Assembly (NCBI GenBank): GCA_964016885.1
Contig: OZ024743.1
Location: forward strand, 119,598,001-119,662,000
DNA length: 64,000 bases
Origin: Eledone cirrhosa
Taxonomy: Eukaryota
Direction: 5' to 3'
The translations under genes were made by a program, and so were the position numbers. Positions within the stretch are counted from its first letter, which is position 1; every line of letters begins with the position of its first letter. Below the pieces are notes generated by a model. The model was given only the letters and a program-made list of their open reading frames with translations, had not been told where the DNA came from and ran no database searches. This document shows, one piece after another, positions 39,909-55,691 of this stretch.

Positions 39909-42900
39909 ATGACCCTCCCCAAATATAACAATATCTGTTTCGACACACGATTTCATATAAAAAACCTCGCAAAACTAATTCATCGCCGCTATGGCATTAG
40001 CTTGTGCCAAGCTGAAAGGTTATTGAAAGACACTGTTTTCTGTTATATAAAAACTACAATAACAACAGAACAAATCCGCTTCTTAAAACACTGTGTTTCC
40101 TCCAAAACATACACAACAAACATATCAAAACAAGTAAATAATTTATTATTGAACAAAACACAAGCTGAACGGCTAAAACACACAATAACAGTTAATATGA
40201 AAAGAACAACATACACAAAAGTCAACGCACTCTACAGACAAAAACGCATCAACGGTAAGGAAATCCGAAATCTCATCACAGCAAACGAGAGAGATGACTT
40301 CATGAGCGTCATCCGACGCGAAACGAAATATGCTCAAAACGAATGCTGTAGGCATTTCAAGAAGAAATTAGAATGGATGAATAAGAAAAAACTACAAGAA
40401 AGGAAAATCGAATATTCTCAAAAATACCCAGATAACATCGACAACATCCGTATGAGTGATGTAAAACTACCGGAAGAATTTACCAATGACCACACAGTAA
40501 ATATCTATGGGAACACTTTAATCAGTGAACAAGAACAACAAATCCTAAAGTTACCACCAACATTTGCCATCTACAAAAAGATTAACCCTATGGAATGCAA
40601 AACGGAGCTGGAAAAGTGTTTCACAAAAATACGTTGGAATGCAAAGGTAAACAACAACAACAATAATAACGGTAGTAGTAATATAAACAATAACTCTGGG
40701 TATAGAAATAACAGCCATAACCATAACAATGGCAGGAAAGTGAGAAATAGTGATAATGGTAATAATACTAGCGATAGACAGAACAACAACAACCACAATA
40801 ATAATAATAATAGAAACGTTAACCACAGACACAGCAACAGTGACCACAGTAGTAATAACGGTAACAATACGAACAACAACAACAATAACCACAGTGGTAA
40901 TAATGGAAATAGTACATGTAGCAACATCAACAAAAACAAGAAACATAATAATAGTAACAACCACAATGGTAGAAATAGCAGTAACAACAACAACAATAAC
41001 GGTGAAGTAAACAACAATACATCTAGCAATCATAACAATAATAATATTAATGCTAATGATAGAAACAACAACAACCACCATGATAATAATAATAGCAACA
41101 CACACAACTATGACGATAGAAATAACGACAACCCCTTAGAGAAACTATTTTTCAACCCAGCTGACAAAACATAAGATGGGTAATATCTATCCTACGAGGT
41201 TACCCTTTAATAAAAGAGTTTGCATACCACAACAAATAGATGACGAGACGGAGGCACAGTTCACCATAGCTAGAAATAAGATTAGACAAGTAGTAGACAG
41301 GTACACTATGAGACAGAGCAGACCAGAGGCCCAACAACTTGGGATAAAACCTGTAGAAGGCTTGGTTAGCCTCAAGCAGCGCACAAGGGATGGTGAGGTA
41401 GTGTGTCTACCCACAGATAAGTCTGGTAGGATGTCAATAGATAGCATGCCGAACTACATCGAGGCAATGCAACCCCACATCACCAACACGAGCGAAGTTG
41501 CACAACTAACACACGATGGGAGAGAAAAAATCCTCAACGCTCACATGATGATGTGGACTGACATCCTAAAGCCAAGCAGACGCACTGCCAACAACTTCCA
41601 GGCGTCTAACAATGGCATACCACCCTTGTATGGGCTCCGCAAAGACCACAAGACAGTCGACGACCCGACAACAGGACCACCAACAAGACCTGTATGCGGA
41701 GCTAATATAGCTAGCAACTACAGGATCTCCTACTTCCTCTCAATGGTTATACGCCCCATAATCAAGATGTCCCCAGATGTATGTGAAAGTACAGAGGACC
41801 TCCTCAGCAGAATCAGTGAGTGCAACAAAAACAGGAGCCTATCCAACTGCATAATAGGCAGCATGGATGTGGTGTCACTGTACCCATCCATTAACATTGA
41901 TTTTGCTGTGAAAAGATGTGTGGAGATGATCATTGAGAGTGAGGTGGAGTTCTGCGACGTCGACACAGACGAACTGGGCCTCCTACTTAGACTTACCTAC
42001 GACACTGACTACCTAGACAGCCATGACCTTAGATGTTTCTGCCCTAGTAGACCTATAAGAGGTAGACCCCCCACCATAACCTCAATGGCTAAAAAGACTC
42101 CCATAGGAAGGTGGATTGGGTGGACCAAAGCTATACGGACCCCCCAAAACACTGATCAGGTAAGAAAAATGGTCGCACATGCAATAGGGGCTAGTATCAA
42201 AACTACCCTAAAGGGCCACATATTTAAGTTCAATGAGAAAATCTACACCCAAAATGAGGGAGCAGCCATCGGCGTCAGCATAGCTGGCGATGTTGCCAAC
42301 CTTTTCATGGTATGGTGGGAAAGGAGACTTAAAGATCTCCTTAATGAAAGCTCCATAGACCTCATCATGTACTCTCGTTATGTAGACGATATCAATATAG
42401 TTATAAGAACACCCCCACTAGAGAGCACTAACAAGTTTGATTTAGAACGTAGCACGATGGAAAGCATCCAGCAGATAGCTAATTCCATACACCAGAGTAT
42501 AACTGTAACTATAGACTTCCCTTCCAAACACCCTAACAATAAACTACCTGTATTAGACACAGAACTCTGGATTAACACTATAGACGAGAGAGCCCAAATT
42601 CTCCACTCACACTATGCTAAACCCATGGCCTCCAAATACCTGATACTCAAAAACTCAGCAATGTCCAGTAGTGCTAAGTTTAATATTCTGATCGCAGATT
42701 TGGTACGAGTGATGAAGAATGTGTCCAGCATGTGCGACCCAACAGAAATGGAAGGACACATCCAACACTTCATCAACCGCATGCAGTTCTCTGGCTACAA
42801 CCAAAGAGACAGAGTCAGAGTATACGAAGGAGCCATGGAAAAGTATAAGACCCTCATAGAACTGGACATGAAAGGAATTTGCCCACTATACAGGAGCAAA

Positions 42901-43536
42901 TCATGGAATAGCTTAGATAGGGCTAGACATAAGATAGGGAAGGCCACATCATGGTACGACAACCAGAGATATCAGAGTGTCATGTTTGTGGACGCCACCC
43001 CTGGAGGGAAATTAGCTAACCAGTGTAGAAAGGCCCTGAGAAAGACCCACTTAAAAATAAAGGTGGTAGAAAAGCCAGGAACCACCATAAAATCCCTGAT
43101 CAGCAAAACCTACCCTTTTAAGAAAACCCACTGTACCAATAGGAAATGTATCATATGTAAGGTGAACCCCCGGATAAACTGTAAAACTAGAAACGTAGTC
43201 TATAGCATAAGATGTACAGAGGGTACTTGCAGAAACACGACAACAACATACATAGGTGAGACAGCTCGTAGCATAGGTGAAAGGATAGACCAACACTGGG
43301 GGGAACTAAAAGGACGAAAAAACGGGTCAGTACTATACGAACATGCTAGACAACATCATGACGGTAACATAGACAACATAGAAATTAGAATAATATCTAA
43401 ACATAGGAATGACCCAGCAGATAGGCAAATCAGAGAGGCCAGTGAAATAGAAATTAGAAGACCAAAGCTAAACAGAAAGAATGAGTGGAACAACAACAAC
43501 ACCCAAACAAACAACACTGACCTAAGAGAAGTATAA
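39909..43536 (+). pseudogene. PLE RT-GIY-YIG ORF split by a 2-bp deletion (39909-41174 plus 41176-43536)
   Basis: AAAACATAAGATG versus AAAACATATAAGATG in copy A; otherwise 3 visible amino-acid differences (V/L, R/K, V/G); could be a consensus error. Confidence 0.85.
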
Positions 43537-43797
43537 ATAAATAAGTAAATTAAATAAAATAAAATAAGATAAATAAATACATACACAAGCACATAAACAC
43601 ACACTAGTCACCCAGCAGACACAACACTATACACACTAGTCACACATCACACATAACACTATACACACACGCAAACGCATGCGCAAAGAAGACAAAATAA
43701 AATAAGATAAACAAACAAGCAAATAAATAAATAAATATATAGACAGACTGAACAAAAAAAATGGCGTAGACATACAACACAACAGGAGGAACAATGA

Positions 43798-43854
43798 ATA
43801 TAACACCACTGACGATGTTGCAGATGTGCAACGAAAGATTTATGTAAACTATAT
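43798..43854 (+). ncRNA. Minimal hammerhead in the PLE pLTR (copy B, 3')
   Basis: CTGACGA 43809-43815, GAAA 43833-43836, predicted cleavage after A43842; stem I CA/TG plus ATATA/TATAT. Confidence 0.65.
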
Positions 43855-44051
43855 ATATATATGTGTTTGTCTATATTGTATCTGTATTATTTTTGACCGC
43901 CGGTCAGTCAATGGCAACATTGAGGACCGAGTAAGTTAGATCGCAGATATATATATATAAAAGACAGCGAGAAGCGAAAACCAACCAAACAGTGAGTGTG
44001 TTCTGTTATTAATTCTGGCAATATTACGCAAATATGACCCTCCCCAAATAT

Positions 44052-44167
<116 letters not shown>

Positions 44168-44518
44168 ATGGATGCGATGTTAAGACTAGTGAGATCAGTA
44201 TTCAACTCAGTGCTCCATAATTAGTACCAAAGAGTTTTAAAAAAACGATGGAATGAAGAACAAGGTGAAGATATAGTGATAAGGAAAGTGAGCGCAAATA
44301 ATATAAAAGGGAAGAAAAGGATAGTGTGTGAGAGAAACAGATGGGGTGTGTGTGCGTGTGGATATTTGTGCATGTGTTGAGCAGGGCATCATTTAAACAT
44401 GCTTTATTTTTTAAAAAAAAGAGACTTTTGGAATATATCATATACACACACATACCACTGAACATAAACTGACGCACACACAAACAATCACACACAGATA
44501 AACACACACATATGCACC

Positions 44519-44596
<78 letters not shown>

Positions 44597-45308
44597 AGAG
44601 AGAGAGAGAGGCAGAGAGAGAGAGAGAATCAATGAAAAAATAACAGTTGTTGGAAATGGGAAATTTAAAGAGAAAAAAGTGAGATGTCATATCAAAGTGA
44701 ACAACTATAAGAGCTCACACACACGTGTGTGTGTGTGTGTGAGGCAGAGAGAGAGAGAGAGAGAGAGAGAGTGAAAAATAGAAATAAAAGGGAAGCAGGG
44801 TCCTACTATTTCAGTGCCTAATCTAAAAACAGCATCAAGTTTTCAATGGCCACTACAGATGAAACGTATTCATTCGCCCCTGTTGTTTGTATTATTGTTT
44901 GGCTTATGATTGATGGTCGTTATCAGATAAATATGGTAGCGAGGAAGTACTGACAACAGCATCAATTAATTATCAAATGATGACTATCGCAAAGGGCATG
45001 GTTGGGCAGCCCTCCCAACAACCACTAACACGACTAGCAACTGAAGACAAGATGGAGGTTGGATACTAACACTATTTCTCCGACTTCCAGCAGAGAATGT
45101 TAGAGAAAGAACCACAAAGTCAGCGTGAGAGTTAATGTGAAAAAAGGAAAAGAACAGCTTTTCCCGTTTGTTAAATGTTTCTGTCTAGTTGTTGGAACCA
45201 CGATTGTAATGTTGTGGATTCCATTCCTAGTACTCGAACAAGGCACTTCATTTTACGCTGTACCAATCAACTGACTTTGAGAAATATCGTACCACTAGCA
45301 GCTGGTCC

Positions 45309-45447
45309 ACTTGCGAAGGACTGGCTAATCGGAGAGTTAAGTTTGCGATGGACTGGCAAGTTGTGGAATTAAACTTGCGATAAACTGGCAATTTGGGTAA
45401 GAGGAGAATTAAACTTGCAAAGGACAGGCCAGTTGGGATTAACTTTG
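45309..45447. repeat. Degenerate ~33-bp minisatellite, about 4 units
   Basis: Repeated (A)ACTTGCGA.GGACTGGC...GAATTAA. Confidence 0.6.
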
Positions 45448-46138
45448 TCGCTTAACGCCCCAGAAAACCGGGTTAAGAACCGGCCAGATGAACCAATAAT
45501 AATTTTTTTTTTTTTTACAATGAATCGGCAGATTCGCTAGAGCATCGGAACACACGCCTTGCTGTATATGGTTTGATCTCTTTACATTCAGGGTTTAAAT
45601 TACGCCAAAGTTACCTCTACGTTTCATTGTTTTGGGGTCAATAAAATAAAGTACCTGTCAAGTTCTGGCGTCGATATGATTCTGCTATTCTTCCTCCAAA
45701 ATTACTGGCCTTATGTTTATCTTAGAAACGTTTGAATGAAGTATAAAATGCATTGTAGTATATGGTTATGGTTCTTTACGTTCTGAGTTCAACATTGTCC
45801 GTCATCTTCCCAGAGTCGGTAAATTAAAGTTCCTGGTAAATTCTAGAATTGATATGTTCGACTATTTTTCATTCAAAATTTATAGCTTTTCGCATATGTT
45901 AGAAAGTATTATTTCTCTAATCATCACAAACATACAGACATTTAGAAATTTGGGTTTATTGCTTGTGAGACAAAAAATGACTGAATTATTGAAAAATATG
46001 TTAGCAAAATTGACAGTAAATTACTGACAGGGATTGTAATGAAAACGCTTATAATTCGACCACTTCGACCATTTGTTGAAAATCTAACTGTGCTCGGGAT
46101 ACGGACACCATCGTCTTCGTCATTATTATTGCTTAGGG

Positions 46139-46430
46139 CAGGCATGGGAAAGCTTTTACGAGAAACGGGCCGCATGAGATATGGCTCATCACCAGGCGGG
46201 CCACAAGCGCTAATTTACGTTCGTTCCCACATTTAAAAAAGGGGCAGTAACTCATGTTGTTTTGATTTGTTTCTTCAGAATTTCGTACACGTTGTTTTCC
46301 TCGATCGTATAAATGATAGAAAGATAAATTACGATTGAAAAGTTGGGATAAAAAAGTCAGAGAGATTTCAATTAGGTGACTTAGGCGAGCCATTCAGAAA
46401 GCTTCGCGGGTCGCAGGTTACCCATGGCTG
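46139..46430. mobile_element. hAT (Charlie-like) MITE
   Basis: TIRs CAGGCATGGG / CCCATGGCTG, subterminal GCGGGCC motifs, perfect 8-bp TSD GCTTAGGG (46131-46138, 46431-46438). Confidence 0.85.
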
Positions 46431-47057
46431 GCTTAGGGCCAGAGCACAGGCGATTAAATAGATCAAAGACATTCCAGTCGTGATCATTCCATCTTTGATT
46501 AGAAATGCGTTTATTCTGGATGCATATCTCTTTCACTTTTTAAAGTTGGTGCTATAGTTTTTATCGTTGTTGTTGTTGCTCTGATTTAGCAGACGTACGA
46601 TCAAAGACATTCCAGCTGTGACCATCTCTTCTTTCTATTCAGAACTGCATTGATCAATGTATAATTTTTGCAACAGAATTTGAGAGAGATTTGGTTGTAT
46701 CTAGCAGCTCGAATGACCGCGTGAAGGCTCTTTTGTTGACTGGACATAAGATATTTATTATTGTTGCTGTTGTTTTGTCCTTAGGCAGATCGATTTTGTC
46801 TTTAGTCCTTCCGGGGGTCGATTTAATATCAAGCACAATGTTTGATATAATCGACTGTTTTCTACCCTAAAGATATCTGGCTTTGTGTCTATGTAAGAAA
46901 TATTTATATATATAACCATTGTTGATGTTCTGGCTTTTGATACTATTGTAGCTGTTGTTACTACTATTTTCTTTTGCTCTGGTTGGATACGTTGATATTG
47001 TTATCATCCTCTATCGATATATCGAACATCTGGTTTCCTTATACACACACGCGCGCA

Positions 47058-47193
<136 letters not shown>

Positions 47194-47207
47194 TATATCA
47201 TACATAC

Positions 47208-47278
<71 letters not shown>

Positions 47279-48256
47279 CATATACACGAAAAATTGAAAG
47301 AAGTCAATAAAGATTTTTTCGATAAATAAATCTTGATGAAATAAGAAGAAAAAAATATTAAAATCAGAAAAAAAGTGGTTTCCACAGAATACAAAAAAAA
47401 TAAAAGGGGAACTCTGACAAAATCTTGAAGATGTCGTTATTGTTTATGGAGGTTATTTATTGTTCGTAGAAGTGGCAGATAGCACATTGTCCGTTCAATA
47501 CTTTCGACAGGAAAGATAAAGATGGATATGATGAAAAGAAAGTATGGAAAAGATGGTGGTGTTGATAAAGAAACGATTATGCTTACAGTTAAAATGCAGC
47601 TGGTCGAATGGAGGAGTGGCTAAGCAAATCACCGAAACACAATATAAGCAATTCGTATCATATTCGCTGGTCGTTGCAATGTGTTCATGGTCAGATCAAG
47701 ACATATAGCTTTCAATAGTGAGGACCCTCCACAAAACTGCAATAGATTTAATCTGAATTCGAGGAGGTGGGGCTACGAGAGGCATGCGTACAGTCCCTTC
47801 CTCCAGTAAAAAGTAACAAAGAAATAATAATTAATAAACGTCCTATGAGCCAAAGAGGCAACGTTTATTTGCTCACGTAACCTATAAGAAATAGCAGCTA
47901 AATTTACTTGAAATCGCAACTTAGCTTCTTAAAAAGGGAAAAGGACACAAAAATCATATCGTCCTAGATACACCTAACGGGATAAACAAAGCTAAAATTC
48001 ATACGACCATAGTTCTGTTCGACTAATATTAATATAGGGCTAAATAACAACAACAATAACACTCAAGATATTGCCCAGTTGAACACCATCATATGAAAAT
48101 TGCGTGTCTGTAGTGACTGTGCTTTCTGTTGCAATCATTTCGGATGACTTCTTTCTTTCATTACCCCATCAATACCAAAATCTCTATAGAACAGTCTTGA
48201 ATATTGGTCTTCTTTAACCGCAAACACACACAGACGCACACACACACAGACACACA

Positions 48257-48330
<74 letters not shown>

Positions 48331-48380
48331 CACACACACACATACTCACACACACATACACACACACAGACATACGCACA

Positions 48381-48445
<65 letters not shown>

Positions 48446-48821
48446 ACGTACAAACATAATGTGCAGCTTGTTGAGTCGGAGAGTTCATTATAACTAATAT
48501 GTGCGAAAGAAATTTAAAATTTTGTTCATGGGTAATGTATAACAATGGATAACGCTGGATGATTTGTCGATGATGCATGTACTACATCGGGACTGGACTG
48601 GGGTTATTGAATAACAAAAACAACAACAAAAATAGTAATGGTTTCTACTTTAGGCACGAGGCCAGTAATTTGAAAGGGAGGGGAATGTCGATTAAATCGG
48701 CCCCGACAACTGCATCAACAAGTTTTCTTTATTTGGCAGAATCGGTAAAAATCATTGGACAAAATGTCAAGAAGGAGTTAGTTATACCTCTACACGTTTA
48801 GTGTTCAAATTCTGCCTAGAA

Positions 48822-48980
48822 AGGGCGCGTGGCTGAGTGGTTAGAGAATTGGATTCGCAATCGTGAGGTTGTGAGTTCAATTCCTGGACCGAGCGATGCG
48901 TTATGTCCTTGAACAAAGCACTTTATTTCACGTTGCTCCTTCTACCTGGAGTTGCGACCGATAGATAGTATTAGCAATTG
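48822..48980 (+). mobile_element. tRNA-derived SINE family B
   Basis: GGGCGCGTGGCTGAGTGGTTAGAG...GTGAGTTCAATTCCTGG tRNA head followed by TCCTTGAACAAAGCACTTTATTTCAC. Confidence 0.75.
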
Positions 48981-50676
48981 TCGATTCTGCCTATAAAAGA
49001 GCAGTAAACCGGTGGATTTGTAAAGGGTTGGACATGTGGGATTTAGTTATTCCCCTTCACTGTCTGAATCAAGTTGGCATTTATTCGTTCCGACTAATGG
49101 GAATGTGTCGATAAAATAACATACTATTTAAGTATTAAGGTCGATTTTATTGACTGCCCCGCTTTTGTCTTGTTCCATGTTAGATATTATATCCTGGTAT
49201 AATAATTACCCGAGCTGAACTGCTTGAGCGTTTGAACGTTATTGACTGGAATATGGTTCAAGGAAAGTATTAGCCATATAAAGATATACATTTACGGGTG
49301 TACCATTAGCATATTCACTTTTAGTCTTTAGCTGTTCGAAATCTAATCCAATTAATGGAGGGAATTTTCTTGTTGTTGTTGTAATCGATTTACTACTTTT
49401 CTTATTATCAATATCGAAAAAACGATAAGTTGAGGGATTGGTAGAATCGTTAGAATGCTTTGCGAAATTTGTTCTGGTTCTGTCTTTTGAATTAAAACAC
49501 CACCGGGATCATTTTTGTCTTTAATTCTCCCAGCATTGAATAAAAACAAAATACCAGTCAAATATTGGGACCGAGTTAGTCGATAACCCCTCTATTCAAA
49601 TTTCTGGCCTTTTGCATTTGTAAGAAATTATAATAAAAAACGATATTTAGCAATATATGCATCTGATATACAATATTTCCGTTTCATTTCCTCTTCTTGA
49701 AATGTAATCAGTGGGTGCCAACATGACTATGTAGTGGATGAAGTTTATTTTTTTTCTTTTAGGAGACTGTGCTTCAATCTGTTGCTTTCTATTCCAATAC
49801 TGCAAACATATCTGATATGAAAATTATTATAACTGAGATGAAATTATTGATGTAACAAATACATCCTCGCCAGGAAGAGGTTAGTAGAAACCCTTTAGAA
49901 TCTAAATGGTGAGAAAGTCTGTAATATGATTTCTAACCACCATTTCTCAATCAAGTTTTCAAAACAGATCTTATTTGGTTCTCTGCTAACAAAATGAAAA
50001 TGTAAAGAAAATATTGTATATGTCTTTGTGAAATTACCACACTATCATACTACTTTGACGATAAGTAAAGTGTGTTATAAACAATGTAAATACAATCATC
50101 ATTGAATCTTAATTTCCTCATTACTATCAATAAATAAAGTGACATGAAAGCATCTACATAATTGTTCAACCTTAGAAATTATAACCAAATCTTTTTTCAA
50201 ATTATATTCTATTGTGTTAAAAAATAAAAAGGAAAGGGTTTTAGGGTAATATAGCTCTATGTATACAATATATATAACACTCATCAACTATGGTACGACC
50301 ACAATTTTGTACAGAGGGATACCATGTAAGTATGTATGTATGTATGTATGTATGTCGAGTCACTCTTGAGTGCTAATGGTAACATGTAACCTAGTACAAC
50401 GTGTCGCATGGTCGGATCCTCAGCGACTAAAGAGGAGGGTGATTTTGGAGACCCTGCAGGACAAAAAACAAAACCTGACAAAGGACGGAAGAACTCATAA
50501 GAGTCAACGGCCATCCAAAAATGTGTAAATATGTATGTACATGTATGCATGTGTATATATGTATATATATATGTGTGTGTAAATGAAGTAATTCCGTCGG
50601 AAAGGTCCAGGAAAAAAAGTGCTCTATGTAGGTTACAGAGCTTAATAGTTATGCAATAAACAACATGAGATAATTA

Positions 50677-50737
50677 TTTCATTTACCAGTGGTTTCTTGA
50701 AAGCAAACGAAATTTGCTTTCAGTCATCAGAATGAAA
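50677..50737 (-). ncRNA. Type I hammerhead (left member of an inverted pair)
   Basis: Exact reverse complement of 52925-52985. Confidence 0.8.
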
Positions 50738-50977
50738 AAATCCTGGTGTATTTATTGACAGTGGATTTTAAAAACAAAAATATAATCTATATGAAAGTGA
50801 GGCTGGAAAAGGAAGAATGAAAGGAAACAGATGTTCTTATAATTAATTGTGTGTGTGCGTATGTAGGTGTGTGTACATATATCTATATATATGTGTGCGC
50901 GTATGTATGCGTGTATATATGTGTGTATATATGTGTGTGTATGTACGTGTGTATATATGTATCATTATGTGTGTGTG

Positions 50978-51047
<70 letters not shown>

Positions 51048-51260
51048 CATGTGTGTGTGTTTGTGTATTTGTGTGTATGTGTATGTATGGATATGTATGT
51101 ATATATGTATGTATGTATGTATATACATACATATCCATACATACACATACATGAAACAGTTCTAGTCCTGTAGAATCTCATCTATATTAAAACTTTCATA
51201 CTCTGCAATGTATTGAGTACCTTACTTACTGTGGTTACCTCCGATTCAACCCGGAATAAC

Positions 51261-51370
<110 letters not shown>

Positions 51371-51382
51371 ATATATATATGT

Positions 51383-52097
51383 GTCAGGTCACCAGTTGGT
51401 GCTACTGGTAACATGTATCCCAGTACAACCTGTCACATGGTCGGATCGTTGGCGACTAAACTGGCAACCCTACCAAGGTTTCTTGGTGAGGAGGGTGACT
51501 TTGGACATCCTGCAGGACTAAAAACAAAACCTGTCAAAGGGCAAAGGAGCTCTTAAGAATCAATGGCCATCCAAAATCACCGGGAGAGATGACCCCTTAG
51601 CCTTTGTCAAGGCAGAATTCTAGGAGAAAGAAAACTCTGATATAACACCTGCAACCCTGATGGTATCCAATGATGTTGACTTGTTCTTCTTTTTGGTAAA
51701 TATCATCTTGGTTAAGAGAGTGGGACTGGCTTTGTGCAGTGCCTTTGCTCACTATAAAAGCTTCACGGAACAGGCATTGCTTTATATCTGGAGATCTCTC
51801 AGCACTTGTCGTTACATGGTACCATGAGCCCAGCACTAGTGTAGTGTTTGTGCCAGTGTTTTCAAGTTGCTGGCTGGACTAAAAAGTCACATTCATTCAG
51901 CCGATCGGTAGTGTTTCTACTACATGGATATAGAGTAGTGGCCGTACTCGAAAACGAGTTGGCAGCCACCATATGTATGTAAATATATATAATAATATAT
52001 ATGTAGTAAGAAACACAGTAAAACGTGTGTCCAATATTACGGGCGTTGAAACACCACAATTGTTTGAAATATTTAACCATGAAGCAGACAGAGTGTG

Positions 52098-52146
<49 letters not shown>

Positions 52147-52725
52147 ATATGTATATATATCCTGTCTCATGGTCGGGTCGTTGGCGACTAAACTGGCAAC
52201 CCCACCAAGGTTTCTTGGTGAGGAGTGTGACTTTGGACATCCTGCAGGACTAAAAACAAAGCCTGTCAAAGGGCAAAGGAGCTCTTGAGAGTCAATGGCC
52301 ATCCAAAATCACCGGGAGAGATGACCCTTAGCCTTTGTCAAGGCAGAATTCTAGGAGAAGGAAAACTCTGATATAACACCAGCAACTCTGATGGTATCCA
52401 ATGATGTTGACTTGTTCCTTCTTTTTGGTAAATATCATCTTGGTTAAGAGAGTGGGACTGGCTTTGTGCAGTGCCTTTGCTCACTATAAAAGCTTCACGG
52501 CACAGGCATTGCTTTGTATCTGGAGATCTCTCTACACTTGTCGTCACATGGTACCATGGGCCTAGCACTATGTGTCAATAATTGTCACAAGTGTAGTGTT
52601 TGTAACAGAGTTTTCAAGTCGCTGGCTGCACTAAAAAGTCACATTCGTTCAGCGCATCGGTAGGAGTTCTCCTACATGGATATAAAGTAGTGGCCGTAAT
52701 CGAAAACGAGTTGGCAGCCACCATG
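51383..52725 (+). repeat. Two ~570-bp direct copies (51383-51975, 52160-52725) of a dispersed repeat; further copies at 50355-50520, 53120-53450 (degenerate) and 63815-64000
   Basis: Shared GGCGACTAAACTGGCAACCC..GGTGAGGAG.GTGA..CCTGCAGGAC..GTCAAAGGGC; copies flanked by (TA)/(TATG) tracts. Confidence 0.8.
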
Positions 52726-52924
52726 TATATATATATATATGTGTGTGTATGTGTATATATGTGTGTATGTATATGTGTGTGTGCGTGTGTGTGTCTGTGT
52801 GTATGTGTGTTTATCTACTGTTATATTTATTCTGTTTCCTTTCCTTCTTCCTTTTCCAGCCTCACTTTCATATAGATTATATTTTTGTTTTTAAAATCCA
52901 CTGTCAATAAATACACCAAGATTT

Positions 52925-52985
52925 TTTCATTCTGATGACTGAAAGCAAATTTCGTTTGCTTTCAAGAAACCACTGGTAAATGAAA
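52925..52985 (+). ncRNA. Type I hammerhead (right member of an inverted pair)
   Basis: TTTCATT|CTGATGA|C-TGAAAGCAAA-TTTCG-TTTGCTTTCA-A|GAAA|CC-ACT-GG|TA|AATGAAA; (TA)n begins ~30 nt downstream. Confidence 0.8.
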
Positions 52986-53010
52986 TAATTATCTTATGTT
53001 GTTTATTACA

Positions 53011-53082
<72 letters not shown>

Positions 53083-53857
53083 TGTATACATGTGTATTTA
53101 TATGCGCGGGGAAATAGAAATAATCGGGCTGGATACCCGATCGCACGGTTAAACCACTGAGAGTGAAGGACACCTAGCCTTTGCCAGGACATTCTTCTAG
53201 AAGGCAACTCAGGAAACTGGGATAGCTCCGACATAAAACCTACGGCTCAGTAGTTACCGATGATGTTGATCTTTTCTTCTTTTCGGGTTATAGCTACTGT
53301 TGCTCAGAGAGTGGGTTTGGCTCAGTGCACAGTCTTTCCTCACTTTAAAAAAAATCTTCACGCACAGGCATTGCATGATAGAATTAATTGATAAATATCA
53401 ATAATGTTATATCATGCAATGGCCATACTTGATATCGAGGTGGCAGCCATCATGTATGTATGTATGTATATATGTATGTATGTATGTATGTATTTTATTT
53501 TGTTCGTGGAGCGAGAGACTCCTAGTCTTCATTAAGATATCTCTCTAGGAGGTCACTGTGATGTAAAACCTGTGACTTCGTTTGCATCCAATGATGTAGA
53601 CCAGTTCTTCTTTTTTGGGCAAATGCATTCGATCTTCAGAGAGTAGGATTAGCCCCGTAGAAAGCCTTCCCTTACTTAAAAAAAGCTCCAAGCATAGACA
53701 TCGCTTGATATGTAACATTTTTTGCAATCCATGGTATTGCTGGCTATAGGCAAGTGACTAGAAGGATAAAAAAGCCACGTCTGTGATCCTTGTGCTTAAG
53801 TATCAAGCGATGGCATTACTCGAGATCGAATTGTAGCGATCATCATGTTAATATTTA

Positions 53858-53917
<60 letters not shown>

Positions 53918-54406
53918 CATGAAGGAAAAATCAAGGATATCTGGATATTACATTAGAAGAATTTAATAGTTCTTTGCCGAAGATAAAATTTTAAAAATAT
54001 ATTACATAATTAAAAATACGCACATGGTGATAATTCTGCTCCTGATTAATTTATATATGTAAGTAGAGCTTCTTAAGTTGAATGGTTCTGAGTTGCTATT
54101 TTTAGCAGCCTTACGCTTCACACCACCTTGGGCTGTAAAATGTATATGTTTTCTGTACAAACATCATACACATGTGCTAACTGGAATCCCTATCACTGCA
54201 CGGAAATACAACGGAATTAATGTTTACTTTCATTCTCTGATCCTTTTCGTATGTTTTTCCTTCATAAATGATCATTACCCCGAAATATATGGAACTAATA
54301 AACAAATTTAAGTTAACATTCTGATTTCTTTCTTTTATTTTTCTTTCTTCTCTTTTCTGGTATTTTTCGGGATTTAGAAAACTAACTCATTTTTCATATT
54401 CCAGAA

Positions 54407-54483
<77 letters not shown>

Positions 54484-54648
54484 CTCTCTCTCTCTCTGTC
54501 TCTTTCTCACTAACACAAACTTTCTCTCTCTCCGTATATATATATATATATATATATAAAATGCTTTCAGAAACATAAGAATGCCTAAAATCAGTATGCT
54601 TTCGTTTGTGAAGGCACGTGGTGTATGAGAGAGAAATATAATGAGGGT

Positions 54649-54687
<39 letters not shown>

Positions 54688-54992
54688 GGTGAGAGCTGGG
54701 GGTAGAGAGACGAAACAACAATATTGGAGAAATATTGGAAAGCTCTGCTGAAGCCGTATATAATACAAGGATATGAGTCCTATATCCATCTTGTAGTAAA
54801 GCTATAAATCTTCTTTCTAGAACATCGGGATATACATTTTGTCTTTTTAATTTCACATTAACCTCATTCTTGAAAAACAAAATTATATAAGGGCAAATAC
54901 AGAGATAATTTCAGAGATACTACTGGGACAGACATGTGTGTGTGCCTGTCTGTTTCTTTTTCTCAATATCCCTCCCCCTCTCTCTCTCTCTG

Positions 54993-55096
<104 letters not shown>

Positions 55097-55115
55097 ATAT
55101 ATATGTATGTATGTA

Positions 55116-55248
<133 letters not shown>

Positions 55249-55281
55249 GTATGTATATATGTATATATTTATGTATATATT

Positions 55282-55326
<45 letters not shown>

Positions 55327-55691
55327 ATATATATATATACACACACATTTATCTGTCTTTCTAGAATCTGGAAATATATACAAAAATAATACCACGATGG
55401 CCGTGATAACAAAACATGCATCGTACAAGAGAGGAGAGGATGAAGAATTATTATTGAAATTATTATTATTATTATTATTGACGAAAGTGGATGTACGTTT
55501 TTTGAAGCTCCGTGAGTAAGCAATTTTTTGAGGATTAATTGTAGAGAATTGTTTATTTTTTGTACCGCTGAAGCATTATAAGACATTAATTTGTATCCTG
55601 TGAAGGAATAACTCATAATATTTGGGCCTTTTGGCCCAAATATTTGAACTTTATTTTGAAAAAAAATAATAATTTTTTTTCTCAAAAAAAC

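Noticed and set aside
45309-45447. CRISPR-like repeats
   Set aside because: Degenerate tandem minisatellite without unique spacers, in eukaryotic context
48822-48895. tRNA gene
   Set aside because: Acceptor stem is broken and the sequence continues into a SINE body found in multiple copies
51385-51465. HDV-like or twister ribozyme
   Set aside because: Partial motifs only (ACC/GGT, GGCGACTAAACTGG); P1 register and pseudoknots are inconsistent between copies
55644-55691. N-terminal extension of ORF1 in the ORF track
   Set aside because: Non-ATG start within an AT-rich UTR hairpin; first ATG is at 55692
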